Assembly: GCA_036658935.1 (NCBI GenBank)
Contig: JAVXDN010000003.1
Coordinates: 1-32,939 of the forward strand
Direction: 5' to 3'
Length of the DNA stretch: 32,939 bases
DNA from: Bacilli bacterium
GTDB lineage: Bacteria > Bacillota_I > Bacilli_A > RF39 > UBA660
Shown here: piece after piece, positions 9,768 through 18,691 of the stretch
How positions within the stretch are numbered: the first letter of the stretch is position 1
How the letters are laid out: each line of letters opens with the position of its first letter
Notes under the pieces: generated by a model
Told to the model about the DNA's origin: nothing
The model's database searches: none
The model's input: only the letters and a program-made list of their open reading frames with translations
Translations under genes and position numbers: made by a program

Positions 9768-9793
9768 AAAGACCATTCTTGGTCTTTTTTTTT
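9768..9793 (+). terminator. Intrinsic terminator
   Basis: AAAGACCA-ttct-TGGTCTTT plus a long T-run. Confidence 0.75.
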
Positions 9794-9837
9794 ATTTAAT
9801 TTTTAGTATAATGAATGTAGGAAAAGAAGTGTAAATT

Positions 9838-11646
9838 ATGGTTATTACTAAAACTGATTTTATAAATTATATTAGATGTAGAAGGTATACTGCTTTAGAA
9901 GAGGTAAGAAAAAATAAAAAAGATAATAATATTACAATTGAAGAATATAAGGCTCAGGAAAAAAGTGAGGATATTAAAGAAATTGTAGGGATGATGTTTG
10001 ATAGTGATGATAATGATCTTACTTTTAAGGAAGATAAACAGTTAAATGCTATGATGAAGTATTATAAGAAGGCAGAACTTTTAGCTGGAAGAGAAAGTGA
10101 AAGATTATTTAAAGGAAATTTTATATATAGTAAAGATACTTATTCTCAAGAGTCTTTTGATTTTGTCAGTGGTCATTTTAGATATTTATGTTATGTTGAT
10201 ATTTATAATGAAGAAGATGATCATATTAATATTATTGAAGTAAAAGCTACTACATCATCTAAATTTAAGAAACTTTTATATGGAAAAAAGGATGATAAGA
10301 AAGAACTATTTATTAAAAAAAATGGTATCTATGTTTTAAATAATCAAGATACTTTTGATAAGACTTATGATAATCAAATTAATAAGCTAAAGAATAGATT
10401 TAGTGATGTTGGTAAATATGTTTATGATTTAGCTGTTCAAAGATTCTTTATAGAATCTAGTTTTAAGGAAGTAAATGTAAATAAAAAAATTAATTATTAT
10501 TTATGTGTTCTTAATAGTGATTATATATATGATGGAGTTAGTGATTATGAAATTGACGAAAATGGTGAAAAAATAGTTGAGTTTTATGATATGAATAGTA
10601 TTACTAATGATTTGATGCCTGTAGTTTTAAATGATAAGAAGCTTCTTGAGTCTTATATTGAAGAAGATAATTCTAGTGTTTGTAATACTTCAGTTTCTTG
10701 TGCTCTTAAAACTAATCATGAATGTAAATTTTCTTCTATTTGTTTTAAGGATGTTCCTAAAAAGAATTCTAGTTTCTCTTATAAACAATTTGTATCTTTT
10801 AAAGATGAAAATGGAGTTAAATATAATAAATATGATTTAGTTAATAATGGAATATTAAAGTTTGATGATGTTCCTTATAATTGGTTATCAACAGTTACTC
10901 ATATTATACAGAGGAATGCTTATGATAATAATACTCCTTATATAGATAAGAATAAGATTAAAGCAGGACTTAAGAGTTTTTCTTTTCCTATATATCATTT
11001 TGATTTTGAAACTTTTCCTTGTCCTTTACCAAGATTTAAAGGAGAAAAGTGTTATACTCAAAGTCCTTTTGAATTTTCTTTACATATTGAAAGAGAAGAA
11101 GGCGTTTGTGATAAAAATAATGATAATATTGTTTATTTAGCTAAAAGTAATAATGATGAAAGACTTGATTTAATACACGCTATGATAGATAGTATTGATT
11201 TATCAAATGGAGGGACTGTTCTTGCACAAAATGTTAATTTTGAGAAGATGGTTACAAAGGAATTAGCTAGAATATTTCCAGAATATAAAGATAAACTTAT
11301 GAATATATATGATCATGCTAGAGATTTATTAGAAGTTATTTTAAATAATAAGGAATTGTATTTGTCTTTAGGTTTTAGTGAAGAAGAGTCTTCAAAAGTA
11401 AATTATTATAATAAAGATCAGTCTGGAAGTTATTCAATAAAGAAAACTTTACCATTATTTAGTGATCTTAAATATAGTGATTTGGAAATACAAAATGGAG
11501 TAGAGGCTTTAGTTGAATATTCTAAGTTTCATGAAATGGGTGAAATGGAAAAAGAGAAGACAAGAGAAAATCTAAGAGTTTATTGTCAACAGGATACTTG
11601 GGCTATGGTAGAAATTCTTAGAGGACTTAGAAAACTTATTATGTAA
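9838..11646 (+). CDS. DUF2779-family protein (Cas4-like PD-(D/E)XK nuclease fused to an RNase H-like domain)
   Basis: N-terminal Cys (YIRCRR), VDI...IIEVKAT, Cys cluster CALKTNHECKFSSIC, HFDFETF, QSPFEFSLH, AQNVNFE, GSYSIKKTLP, YCQQDT. Confidence 0.8.
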   Translation: MVITKTDFINYIRCRRYTALEEVRKNKKDNNITIEEYKAQEKSEDIKEIVGMMFDSDDNDLTFKEDKQLNAMMKYYKKAELLAGRESERLFKGNFIYSKDTYSQESFDFVSGHFRYLCYVDIYNEEDDHINIIEVKATTSSKFKKLLYGKKDDKKELFIKKNGIYVLNNQDTFDKTYDNQINKLKNRFSDVGKYVYDLAVQRFFIESSFKEVNVNKKINYYLCVLNSDYIYDGVSDYEIDENGEKIVEFYDMNSITNDLMPVVLNDKKLLESYIEEDNSSVCNTSVSCALKTNHECKFSSICFKDVPKKNSSFSYKQFVSFKDENGVKYNKYDLVNNGILKFDDVPYNWLSTVTHIIQRNAYDNNTPYIDKNKIKAGLKSFSFPIYHFDFETFPCPLPRFKGEKCYTQSPFEFSLHIEREEGVCDKNNDNIVYLAKSNNDERLDLIHAMIDSIDLSNGGTVLAQNVNFEKMVTKELARIFPEYKDKLMNIYDHARDLLEVILNNKELYLSLGFSEEESSKVNYYNKDQSGSYSIKKTLPLFSDLKYSDLEIQNGVEALVEYSKFHEMGEMEKEKTRENLRVYCQQDTWAMVEILRGLRKLIM

Positions 11647-11714
11647 AATTATGTCAATTAACTTGTTTATGTTAGTGTAAGTATAGTATAGTGAGGTTAG
11701 AGGGAAGTGAATAT

Positions 11715-11912
11715 ATGATATATCCATCGATCGATAGACTACTTAATATAGTTGATTCTAAATATAAGTTAGTACATGTAGTCGCTAAAAGAAGTAAACA
11801 AATGCTAGAAAATAATCATTTTCAGATGAAAGAAAGCGATTACAAGAGTGTTAAGGAATTAGGAAGAAGTTTAGAAGAAGTAGAAAAGGGATTGGTTACT
11901 ATTAAGAAGTAG
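11715..11912 (+). CDS. rpoZ: RNA polymerase omega subunit
   Basis: MIYPSIDRLLNIVDSKYKLVHVVAKRSKQM; start at ATG 11715. Confidence 0.93.
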   Translation: MIYPSIDRLLNIVDSKYKLVHVVAKRSKQMLENNHFQMKESDYKSVKELGRSLEEVEKGLVTIKK

Positions 11913-11942
11913 TAATCTTTTTTTTATTTTAATTATATATAC

Positions 11943-11971
11943 TTGACATGCAAATAAATGTTTGGTATTCT
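11943..11971 (+). promoter_or_regulatory. sigma-A promoter of recX
   Basis: TTGACA-17-TATTCT with extended -10 TG. Confidence 0.7.
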
Positions 11972-12009
11972 TTAGTTACAGAGATTTACTTTTAAAGGAG
12001 GAGAGTACT

Positions 12010-12771
12010 ATAAAAATTAATAAATTTAAGAAACTAACTAAGGGAAGATATAAAATATTTTTGGATAAGGAAGAAATTGTTGTTTATGAAGATATTATAC
12101 TTAAACATAGACTTTTAAATAAAAAAGAAATTAGTGATGCTTTATTAAAAAAAATATTGAATGAGAATATTTTTTATGAGGCTTATAATTCTTCTTTATC
12201 TTATATGGATATTAAGATGAGAAATAAAAATGAAATTGAAAAGTATTTAAAGAATAAAAAGTATGATGAAAAAGTAATTATTGAAGTAATTCAAAAACTT
12301 AATACTTTAAATCTTTTAAATGAAGAGGATTATGTTCATGCATATATAAATGATAGATTGATTTTATCTACTGATGGTCCATCTAAAATAAAAAATTATT
12401 TACTTAATGCTGGATTTGATAATGATATGATAGATAAACATCTTAGTTTAATTGAAGCTTCCGTTTGGAGAGATAAAATTAAATATATTGTTGATAAGAG
12501 ACTACTTATTAACAAAAAATTAAGTAAAACTATGTTTAGAAAGAAAATGAAAAATGATTTATGGTTTTTAGGATATGATAATTCATTAATAGATGAAGTT
12601 TTAGTTGATATTTCTTTAAATGAAAAAGCTTTTATAAAAGGTGAATATATTAAGGCTTATAAAAAATATAGTAAGAAATATGATGGGGATGAACTAGAAA
12701 AAGCTATTAGAAATCATTTGTATATGAAAGGGTTTGAAGTTGTTAATATAAATGAGATATTAGAAGACTAA
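12010..12771 (+). CDS. recX: Regulatory protein RecX (likely ATA start at 12010; ORF track start TTG 11962)
   Basis: Firmicute long RecX features: Y..IKMRNKNEIEKYL, VIQKLNTLNLLNEEDYVHAY, GPSKIK, LYMKGF; AAGGAGGAG RBS precedes the ATA. Confidence 0.85.
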   Translation: MKINKFKKLTKGRYKIFLDKEEIVVYEDIILKHRLLNKKEISDALLKKILNENIFYEAYNSSLSYMDIKMRNKNEIEKYLKNKKYDEKVIIEVIQKLNTLNLLNEEDYVHAYINDRLILSTDGPSKIKNYLLNAGFDNDMIDKHLSLIEASVWRDKIKYIVDKRLLINKKLSKTMFRKKMKNDLWFLGYDNSLIDEVLVDISLNEKAFIKGEYIKAYKKYSKKYDGDELEKAIRNHLYMKGFEVVNINEILED

Positions 12772-12799
12772 AAAAATCGAGATATTTCTCGATTTTTTT
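12770..12799. terminator. Bidirectional terminator between recX and prsA
   Basis: AAAAAAATCGAGA-tatt-TCTCGATTTTTTT perfect inverted repeat. Confidence 0.85.
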
Positions 12800-12804
12800 G
12801 TATT

Positions 12805-13776
12805 TTATTTTCCAGTATTTTGTGCATATAGTTTATTCATATATGTATCATAACTACTTTTTAATTCACTATCATTTATTTTCATATTGTATTTTTCTCT
12901 TAGTTTTTCAAGAGCTTTAATATACATACTTTTATCATTTTCTACAAGTTCATTTGATATAGTTTCTATAATTTCTTTTTTTGCTTTTTCAAGTGTTGGT
13001 TTTTCATTTTGTTTAGTTTTAAGTATTATATGATATCCATATTGTGATTTAACAGGTTCTTTAGAATACTCATTTACTTTTAATTTAATAGCTCCTTCTA
13101 CAAAAGATTTGTCCATTCCTTTTCTATTAAATGCTCCTAAAGCTCCACCATTACTTGCGTTAGCTGAGTCTTTAGAATATCTTTTAGCAAGTTCTGAGAA
13201 TTTAGATCCTTTATCTAGTTCAGCTATTATTTGTTTAGCTGCTTCATATGCTTTTTTATCTTCTGCTTTTTTTACTTCTTCAGTTGCATCATTCGCTGCA
13301 TCAGAAGTTATTAATATATGACTAGCTTCTATATCTCCAATAGTATATGATTCATAATAATCTTTTATTTGTTTTTCTGTTACTGTTGTTTTAGCATAGT
13401 CTGCAATCCATAAACTTCTTTTATAGTTAAGTTTTACATATTCTTTAAATTCTTCTTCACTATCTACATTGTAATATGATTTGATGTAAGATAAATAATT
13501 TTCTCCTGCGTCTTTCTTAACTGAAGAGACAACTCCTGTAATATATTTATTAGTATTAGCATCATCTTTATATTCTTTATCTAGAAGTGTTGTATCTATT
13601 AAATCTATTAATTTTGTTGTACCATAAGTCTTCTTTAAACTATTATATAACTCATTTGAACTGATTCCTTCTTTGTTTTTAAAGGAAACAACCGCATTTT
13701 CTCCATTTTTTAACTCTACGTTTCCGCATCCTGTAAGTAATAAAATCATTAAAACAGGTAATAATATTTTTTTCAT
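12805..13776 (-). CDS. prsA: PrsA parvulin-type PPIase foldase lipoprotein
   Basis: Lipobox LLTGC, ASHILI, FSELAKRYSKD, GGALG, PVKSQYGYHII; AGGAGG RBS. Confidence 0.93.
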   Translation of the reverse strand: MKKILLPVLMILLLTGCGNVELKNGENAVVSFKNKEGISSNELYNSLKKTYGTTKLIDLIDTTLLDKEYKDDANTNKYITGVVSSVKKDAGENYLSYIKSYYNVDSEEEFKEYVKLNYKRSLWIADYAKTTVTEKQIKDYYESYTIGDIEASHILITSDAANDATEEVKKAEDKKAYEAAKQIIAELDKGSKFSELAKRYSKDSANASNGGALGAFNRKGMDKSFVEGAIKLKVNEYSKEPVKSQYGYHIILKTKQNEKPTLEKAKKEIIETISNELVENDKSMYIKALEKLREKYNMKINDSELKSSYDTYMNKLYAQNTGK

Positions 13777-13894
13777 TTAATTCCTCCTATGTGTAATAAT
13801 ATCAAAAACTTAGATAAAACTCAAGAAGTAGCACTCACAAAAATTAATAAATTGCGTACAATAAACTGTAAAGATAAAAAAGGAGGAATGTATT

Positions 13895-13993
13895 ATGAAT
13901 TCAGGTTGTGGATGTAGTAACGGATTATCAGGTGCTGCTTTTGCTTTAGTATTATTTATTTTATTAGTTATCATACTAGGTGCATTTATTTAA
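13895..13993 (+). CDS. YjcZ/SscA-family small sporulation membrane peptide (32 aa), not in the ORF track
   Basis: MNSGCGCSNGLSGAAFALVLFILLVIILGAFI; AAAGGAGG RBS; F..VLFILLVII.G signature. Confidence 0.88.
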   Translation: MNSGCGCSNGLSGAAFALVLFILLVIILGAFI

Positions 13994-14019
13994 GTTTTTT
14001 AAAGAAGGAGGCGAGTTAT

Positions 14020-14133
14020 ATGTGTAATAGTTGTGATCCTTGTGAGAAAAAATCAGCTGGAAATAGCTTTTTCATCATATTGATTCTATTTATTCTACTA
14101 GCTATAATCTTTGGTGTAGTTGGTGGATGGTAA
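14020..14133 (+). CDS. Second YjcZ-family-like peptide (37 aa), not in the ORF track
   Basis: MCNSCDPCEKKSAGNSFFIILILFILLAIIFGVVGGW; AAGGAGG RBS. Confidence 0.8.
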   Translation: MCNSCDPCEKKSAGNSFFIILILFILLAIIFGVVGGW

Positions 14134-14134
14134 T

Positions 14135-14161
14135 AAAAAGGAGGAAATTTTCCTCTTTTTT
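14135..14161 (+). terminator. Terminator of the yjcZ-like pair
   Basis: GAGGAA-att-TTCCTC followed by a T-run. Confidence 0.75.
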
Positions 14162-14212
14162 ATTGGAAGAATAAATGATATAATAATTTTAGAATAAAGT
14201 AGGAGGGGACTA

Positions 14213-15973
14213 TTGATGTTTGGAAAAATTTTAAATATTGATAATAATAATATCTTAGTTGAAAATACATCAGGTGTAATAGAAACTTCTATACTTAATA
14301 TGCATGTGGTTTTTGAATCTTCTACTAGAAAAATAGTAGGTGAGATTAGATCTATTAATAATAGTGAAATTAATATTTTTATAATAGGTGAATTTATTAA
14401 TGATAGCTTTATTTTAGGTACATCTAAATTACCAAGTATAAATGATACTATTAGGCTTATATATAAGAGTGAGGTTATTTCTTTATATGGTAAGGAAAAT
14501 AACTTAAATTATTTATATTTAGGTAAAAGTTCTTTATATCAAGGATTTAATATATACACAAAAGTTAATGAATTTTTTGGTGGTCATTTTGCTATTATTG
14601 GTAATACTGGTTGTGGTAAAACTTGTGCTTCTACTCGTATGATTCAAAATTTATTGTTTAATAATGATAATCCTCCACTAAATGCTAATATAGTTTTATT
14701 TGATATTTATGGTGAATATAATAGTGCTTTTACTAAAATGAATGAAGAATATAAAACTAAAACTAAAATAATTAGTACTTCTTTAGAATTTAATCCTGGA
14801 GATACTGTTAATATTCCAGCTTATTTTCTAGATGCAGATGATTTAGCTTTAATTTTAAAAGCAGATTCAAAAGAACAAATTCCAATATTAGAAAAAGCTT
14901 TGAGTTTAGTTTATACTTTTTGCTCTAATGATGAAAAAGTTTTAAATCATAAAAATAATATTTTAGCGGTTGCTTTATTAGATATTTTAAGTAGTGGAAG
15001 AAGTTCTACTCAAATTAGAGATCAAATAATAGCGGTTTTAACTACTTATAATACTAAGGATATTAATTTAAATAGTCAAATTATACAACCAGGGTATACA
15101 AGAACTTTAAAACAGTGTTTAAATATAGATGCTATGGGTAAAATTAATACTATTCAGTTAGCGGTATCTTATTTAGAGAGTTTTAAAATAGAAGAGATGA
15201 CAAAAATAGAAAGAAATGAGTTTTTTACTTATTCTTTAAAAGATTTATTATATTCTTTAGAGTTTGCTTTAATTAGTGAAGGTATTTTAAAAAGTGATAA
15301 AGTATATGAAAAAAACAATATATTAAAAGTAAGACTTTCTTCTTTAATTAAAAGTCCTAATGCTAGATTTTTTGATGTTAAGGAAAATATTAGTAAACAA
15401 GATTTTGTATATAAATTATTTTCTTTAAATGGTGAGAAAGTTCAACTAGTTAATATTAATTTAGATAGTGTTGATGAAAGATTTGGGAAAACTTTAACTA
15501 AAATATATTCTAAATTATTTTATGATGTTTGTGTACATAATAAAGATAGAGCATCTTTTATTATTAATATTGTCTTAGAAGAAGCACATAGGTATGTCAC
15601 TCATGATATAGATAGTGAAGTTATAGGATATAATATTTTTGATAGAATTACTAAGGAGGGTAGAAAGTATGGGGTTCTTTTAGGGCTAATTACTCAAAGA
15701 CCTAGTGAACTTTCTAGTACTGCTCTTAGTCAATGTTCTAATTTTATAGTACTTCGTATGTATAATCCTAATGATTTAAATATTATAAAAAGTATTTCTT
15801 CTAATGTAAGTCAAGAAAGAATTAATGCTATTAAAAATTATGAAGCAGGAGAGGCATTATGTTTTGGAACTTCTTTTTCTCTTCCATCTTCAGTTAAATT
15901 TGATATGCCTTCTCCAGTTCCAAGTTGTAGTAATGCAAATATTGTTGGAAATTGGTATAAAAAAAATCTATAA
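14213..15973 (+). CDS. HerA/FtsK-superfamily (DUF87) ATPase
   Basis: N-terminal HAS-barrel-like region, HFAIIGNTGCGKT (Walker A), DIYGEY, LEEAHRY (Walker B), KEGRKYG, TQRPSEL; AGGAGG RBS. Confidence 0.88.
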   Translation: MMFGKILNIDNNNILVENTSGVIETSILNMHVVFESSTRKIVGEIRSINNSEINIFIIGEFINDSFILGTSKLPSINDTIRLIYKSEVISLYGKENNLNYLYLGKSSLYQGFNIYTKVNEFFGGHFAIIGNTGCGKTCASTRMIQNLLFNNDNPPLNANIVLFDIYGEYNSAFTKMNEEYKTKTKIISTSLEFNPGDTVNIPAYFLDADDLALILKADSKEQIPILEKALSLVYTFCSNDEKVLNHKNNILAVALLDILSSGRSSTQIRDQIIAVLTTYNTKDINLNSQIIQPGYTRTLKQCLNIDAMGKINTIQLAVSYLESFKIEEMTKIERNEFFTYSLKDLLYSLEFALISEGILKSDKVYEKNNILKVRLSSLIKSPNARFFDVKENISKQDFVYKLFSLNGEKVQLVNINLDSVDERFGKTLTKIYSKLFYDVCVHNKDRASFIINIVLEEAHRYVTHDIDSEVIGYNIFDRITKEGRKYGVLLGLITQRPSELSSTALSQCSNFIVLRMYNPNDLNIIKSISSNVSQERINAIKNYEAGEALCFGTSFSLPSSVKFDMPSPVPSCSNANIVGNWYKKNL

Positions 15974-16339
15974 TTAGATTTTCAATTTATTATATACATC
16001 TTCTATATTCATTATAGGAGGTGTTTTATATACTGGAATTATATGTACATGATAATGTTTAATATCTTGTACTATTCCATTGTTTTGTAATATTTTAAAT
16101 CCATCTGGAGAAAAGTTATTATTTATTTTTTTTATTATTAATTTAATTATTTTATTTATCTTTATAAATATTTCATCTTCAATATCTAGAGCATTTACTA
16201 TATGTTTTTTTGGTACTATTAGTGTATGTCCAAGAGAATCTGGGTTAATATCTAGAAATACTTTAAAATAATCATCTTCATATAATATATAAGATGGTAT
16301 TTCATTATCAACTATTTTACAGAATAAACAATCTTTCAT
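15974..16339 (-). CDS. hit: HIT-family nucleotide hydrolase
   Basis: DCLFCKI, FLDINP, GHTLIVPKKH, HYHVHIIP. Confidence 0.92.
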   Translation of the reverse strand: MKDCLFCKIVDNEIPSYILYEDDYFKVFLDINPDSLGHTLIVPKKHIVNALDIEDEIFIKINKIIKLIIKKINNNFSPDGFKILQNNGIVQDIKHYHVHIIPVYKTPPIMNIEDVYNKLKI

Positions 16340-16403
16340 TTCTTATCACCTAAAATTATTATATATAAAAATATATTAAATAACAATATGAAGCTTTTTA
16401 AAT

Positions 16404-16431
16404 ATACAAATAATTTTGTATTTCATAGATT
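16404..16431 (+). promoter_or_regulatory. Putative sigma-E/K-like promoter of the cysteine desulfurase
   Basis: ATA(16404)-17-CATAGATT(16424-16431). Confidence 0.35.
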
Positions 16432-16455
16432 ATAAGTGAGAACTGGAGGTTAATT

Positions 16456-17652
16456 ATGAATGATAATGATAAATTTGAAATGTTGAATAAAGATATTATA
16501 TATTTTGATAATGCAGCGACTACTTTTAAACCTAAATGCGTTATTGATGAAGTTGTAAATTATTATACAAATTATTGTGCTAATTCACATAGAGGTGAAT
16601 ATGATATTAGTTATAGAGTTGATGATAATATAGATAAAACGAGAGTTAATGTTCAAGAGTTTATAAATGCTAGCGATAAAAGTGAAGTTATATTCACTTA
16701 TGGGTGTACTGATTCTATTAATATGATTGTTGATGGCTTTTTTAAGAATATATTAATTAAAGGAGACGAAGTTATACTTTCAGAATCTGAACATGCTTCT
16801 AATATTCTTCCTTGGTTAGTTTTAGCGAAAAAAAAGGGTATAGTTATTAAGTATGCACCTCTTGATAAAAATAGGAAGTTAAGTATAGAGGATGTTATAA
16901 ATACTATTACTAATAAAACTAAGGTGATTTCTTTAGCTTATATTACTAATGTAATAGGAGATGTTAGAGATATTAAAACTATAGGAGAATATGCAAAACA
17001 GAATAATATTTATTTTGTAGTTGATGCAGCTCAAGCGATAGGTCATATTAAAACTGATGTTCAAGATGCAAATATCGATTTCTTAGCTTTTTCTGCACAT
17101 AAGATGTATGGACCTACTGGGTTAGGAGTATTATATGCTAAGAAAAAATATTTAAATATTATGTCTCCTACTAGATTTGGTGGAGGGATGAATGAAAACT
17201 TTAATAAGGATTCATTGATTTTAGAGGATGTTCCTTATAGATTTGAAGGAGGTACTCATAATTTAGCTGCTATTGTTTCTTTTTATTATTCAATAGATTT
17301 TATTAATAAAAAAGGTATTAATAATATTAGAAGAACTGAGGAATATTTAAGAAGATACGCTATTAAAAGATTAGAAGAGATTCCTTATATTAATATATTA
17401 AATAAGAATAGTGAGGGTGCTATTATTTTAATTAATATGGATAATGTTTATTGTGGGGATTTAGGGCTTTACTTAAATAGTAAGAAGATTTGTGTTAGAA
17501 GTGGTCAACATTGCGCTAAGATGATACCTAGTATAGATGGTAAGACTAACAGTTTAAGAATAAGTTTTAGTTTTTATAATACTTATGAGGAAATCGATGT
17601 ATTAGTTAATTGTCTAAAAGATTATGAAGGTATTTTAGATTTTGTTAAATAG
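16456..17652 (+). CDS. Group II (SufS/CsdA-like) cysteine desulfurase
   Basis: YFDNAATT, EHASN, DAAQ, SAHKMYGP (PLP Lys), RSGQHCA (catalytic Cys). Confidence 0.9.
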   Translation: MNDNDKFEMLNKDIIYFDNAATTFKPKCVIDEVVNYYTNYCANSHRGEYDISYRVDDNIDKTRVNVQEFINASDKSEVIFTYGCTDSINMIVDGFFKNILIKGDEVILSESEHASNILPWLVLAKKKGIVIKYAPLDKNRKLSIEDVINTITNKTKVISLAYITNVIGDVRDIKTIGEYAKQNNIYFVVDAAQAIGHIKTDVQDANIDFLAFSAHKMYGPTGLGVLYAKKKYLNIMSPTRFGGGMNENFNKDSLILEDVPYRFEGGTHNLAAIVSFYYSIDFINKKGINNIRRTEEYLRRYAIKRLEEIPYINILNKNSEGAIILINMDNVYCGDLGLYLNSKKICVRSGQHCAKMIPSIDGKTNSLRISFSFYNTYEEIDVLVNCLKDYEGILDFVK

Positions 17653-17812
17653 CTTAATTTTACGTTCTGTTAAGTAAAAAGTATTGAATTTTATAAAATT
17701 CCCTTAGAGAGATTTTATAGTTTATAATACTTTTTTTGTGCTTTTATTCTAAATCCCTTGTTTGTGTATAAAAAACATGAATGATATTATGGGTTTAGAA
17801 AGGAGGTGAGTT

Positions 17813-18175
17813 ATGCTGAATCAGACTATTTTAGTTGGTAGGTTGACAGATACTCCTGAGGTGATAGTTTCAGATAATGGAGTAAAAAGAACTAATATTC
17901 TAGTCGCAGTTAATAGATCTTTTAAGAATGTTGATGGAACTTATGATACAGATTTTATTAGATGTATTTTGTGGCAAGGAGTAGCAGAAAGAACTTGTGA
18001 ATACTGTAAGGTTGGTGATCTAATTGGAGTTAAAGGTCGATTACAATCTTCTAGGTATGAAAGTGATGGAGTTACAAAATATTCTATCGAGGTTGTAGCA
18101 GAAAGAGTTACATTTTTATCTTCAAATAAGAATGGTAAAACCGAAAATGTAACTAATGAAGAGGATACTCTTTAA
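17813..18175 (+). CDS. ssb: Short single-stranded DNA-binding protein (SsbB-like)
   Basis: MLNQTILVGRLT, AVNRSFKN, TDFIRCILW, GRLQS; only 120 aa, without a DDLPF tail; AAAGGAGGTGA RBS. Confidence 0.92.
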   Translation: MLNQTILVGRLTDTPEVIVSDNGVKRTNILVAVNRSFKNVDGTYDTDFIRCILWQGVAERTCEYCKVGDLIGVKGRLQSSRYESDGVTKYSIEVVAERVTFLSSNKNGKTENVTNEEDTL

Positions 18176-18280
18176 AAAATATTAATAGCAACAGTTTTAG
18201 TTTATATTGAGTTAACTTTTCTTAAATGTAATTATATATGTTTTATAATTAATTCATTAATTAGTAAGCGAGGTGTTAAT

Positions 18281-18637
18281 ATGTTTCTAAAAGGAGACAG
18301 ACTAAAAGAGTTAAGATTAAATAGAGGTCTTACTCAAGAAGAGTTAGGTAAAGTAATTGATGTAACTAAAGCTAGTATTTGTTGTTATGAAAAGGGAAGT
18401 AGAACTCCCACACTTGAAAACTTAATCGATTTAATGATGTTTTTTGATGTTTCTAGTGATTATCTATTAGGTAATGATTTAATTATTACTGTTAAAAGTA
18501 ATAAGAACATTAAAACATTCATGACAAAAGAGGAAGTTACTTTTATTGAAGAACTTAGAAAAGATAAGTTCATTTATGAAGTTTTGCTAACAGATCCCGT
18601 AAGAGGGATAGAACTTCTTGGTAAGAAGATAAATTAA
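18281..18637 (+). CDS. XRE-family HTH transcriptional regulator
   Basis: RLKELRLNRGLTQEELG..IDVTKASICCYEKGSRTP...FFDVSSDYLLG. Confidence 0.9.
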   Translation: MFLKGDRLKELRLNRGLTQEELGKVIDVTKASICCYEKGSRTPTLENLIDLMMFFDVSSDYLLGNDLIITVKSNKNIKTFMTKEEVTFIEELRKDKFIYEVLLTDPVRGIELLGKKIN

Positions 18638-18659
18638 AAAATTATCTTCTTATTTTTTT
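18622..18659 (+). terminator. Intrinsic terminator after the XRE gene
   Basis: TAAGAAGATAA...TTATCTTCTTA plus a T-run. Confidence 0.7.
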
Positions 18660-18691
18660 GGTATAATAGTTTTATATGATAAGGAGAGAAC

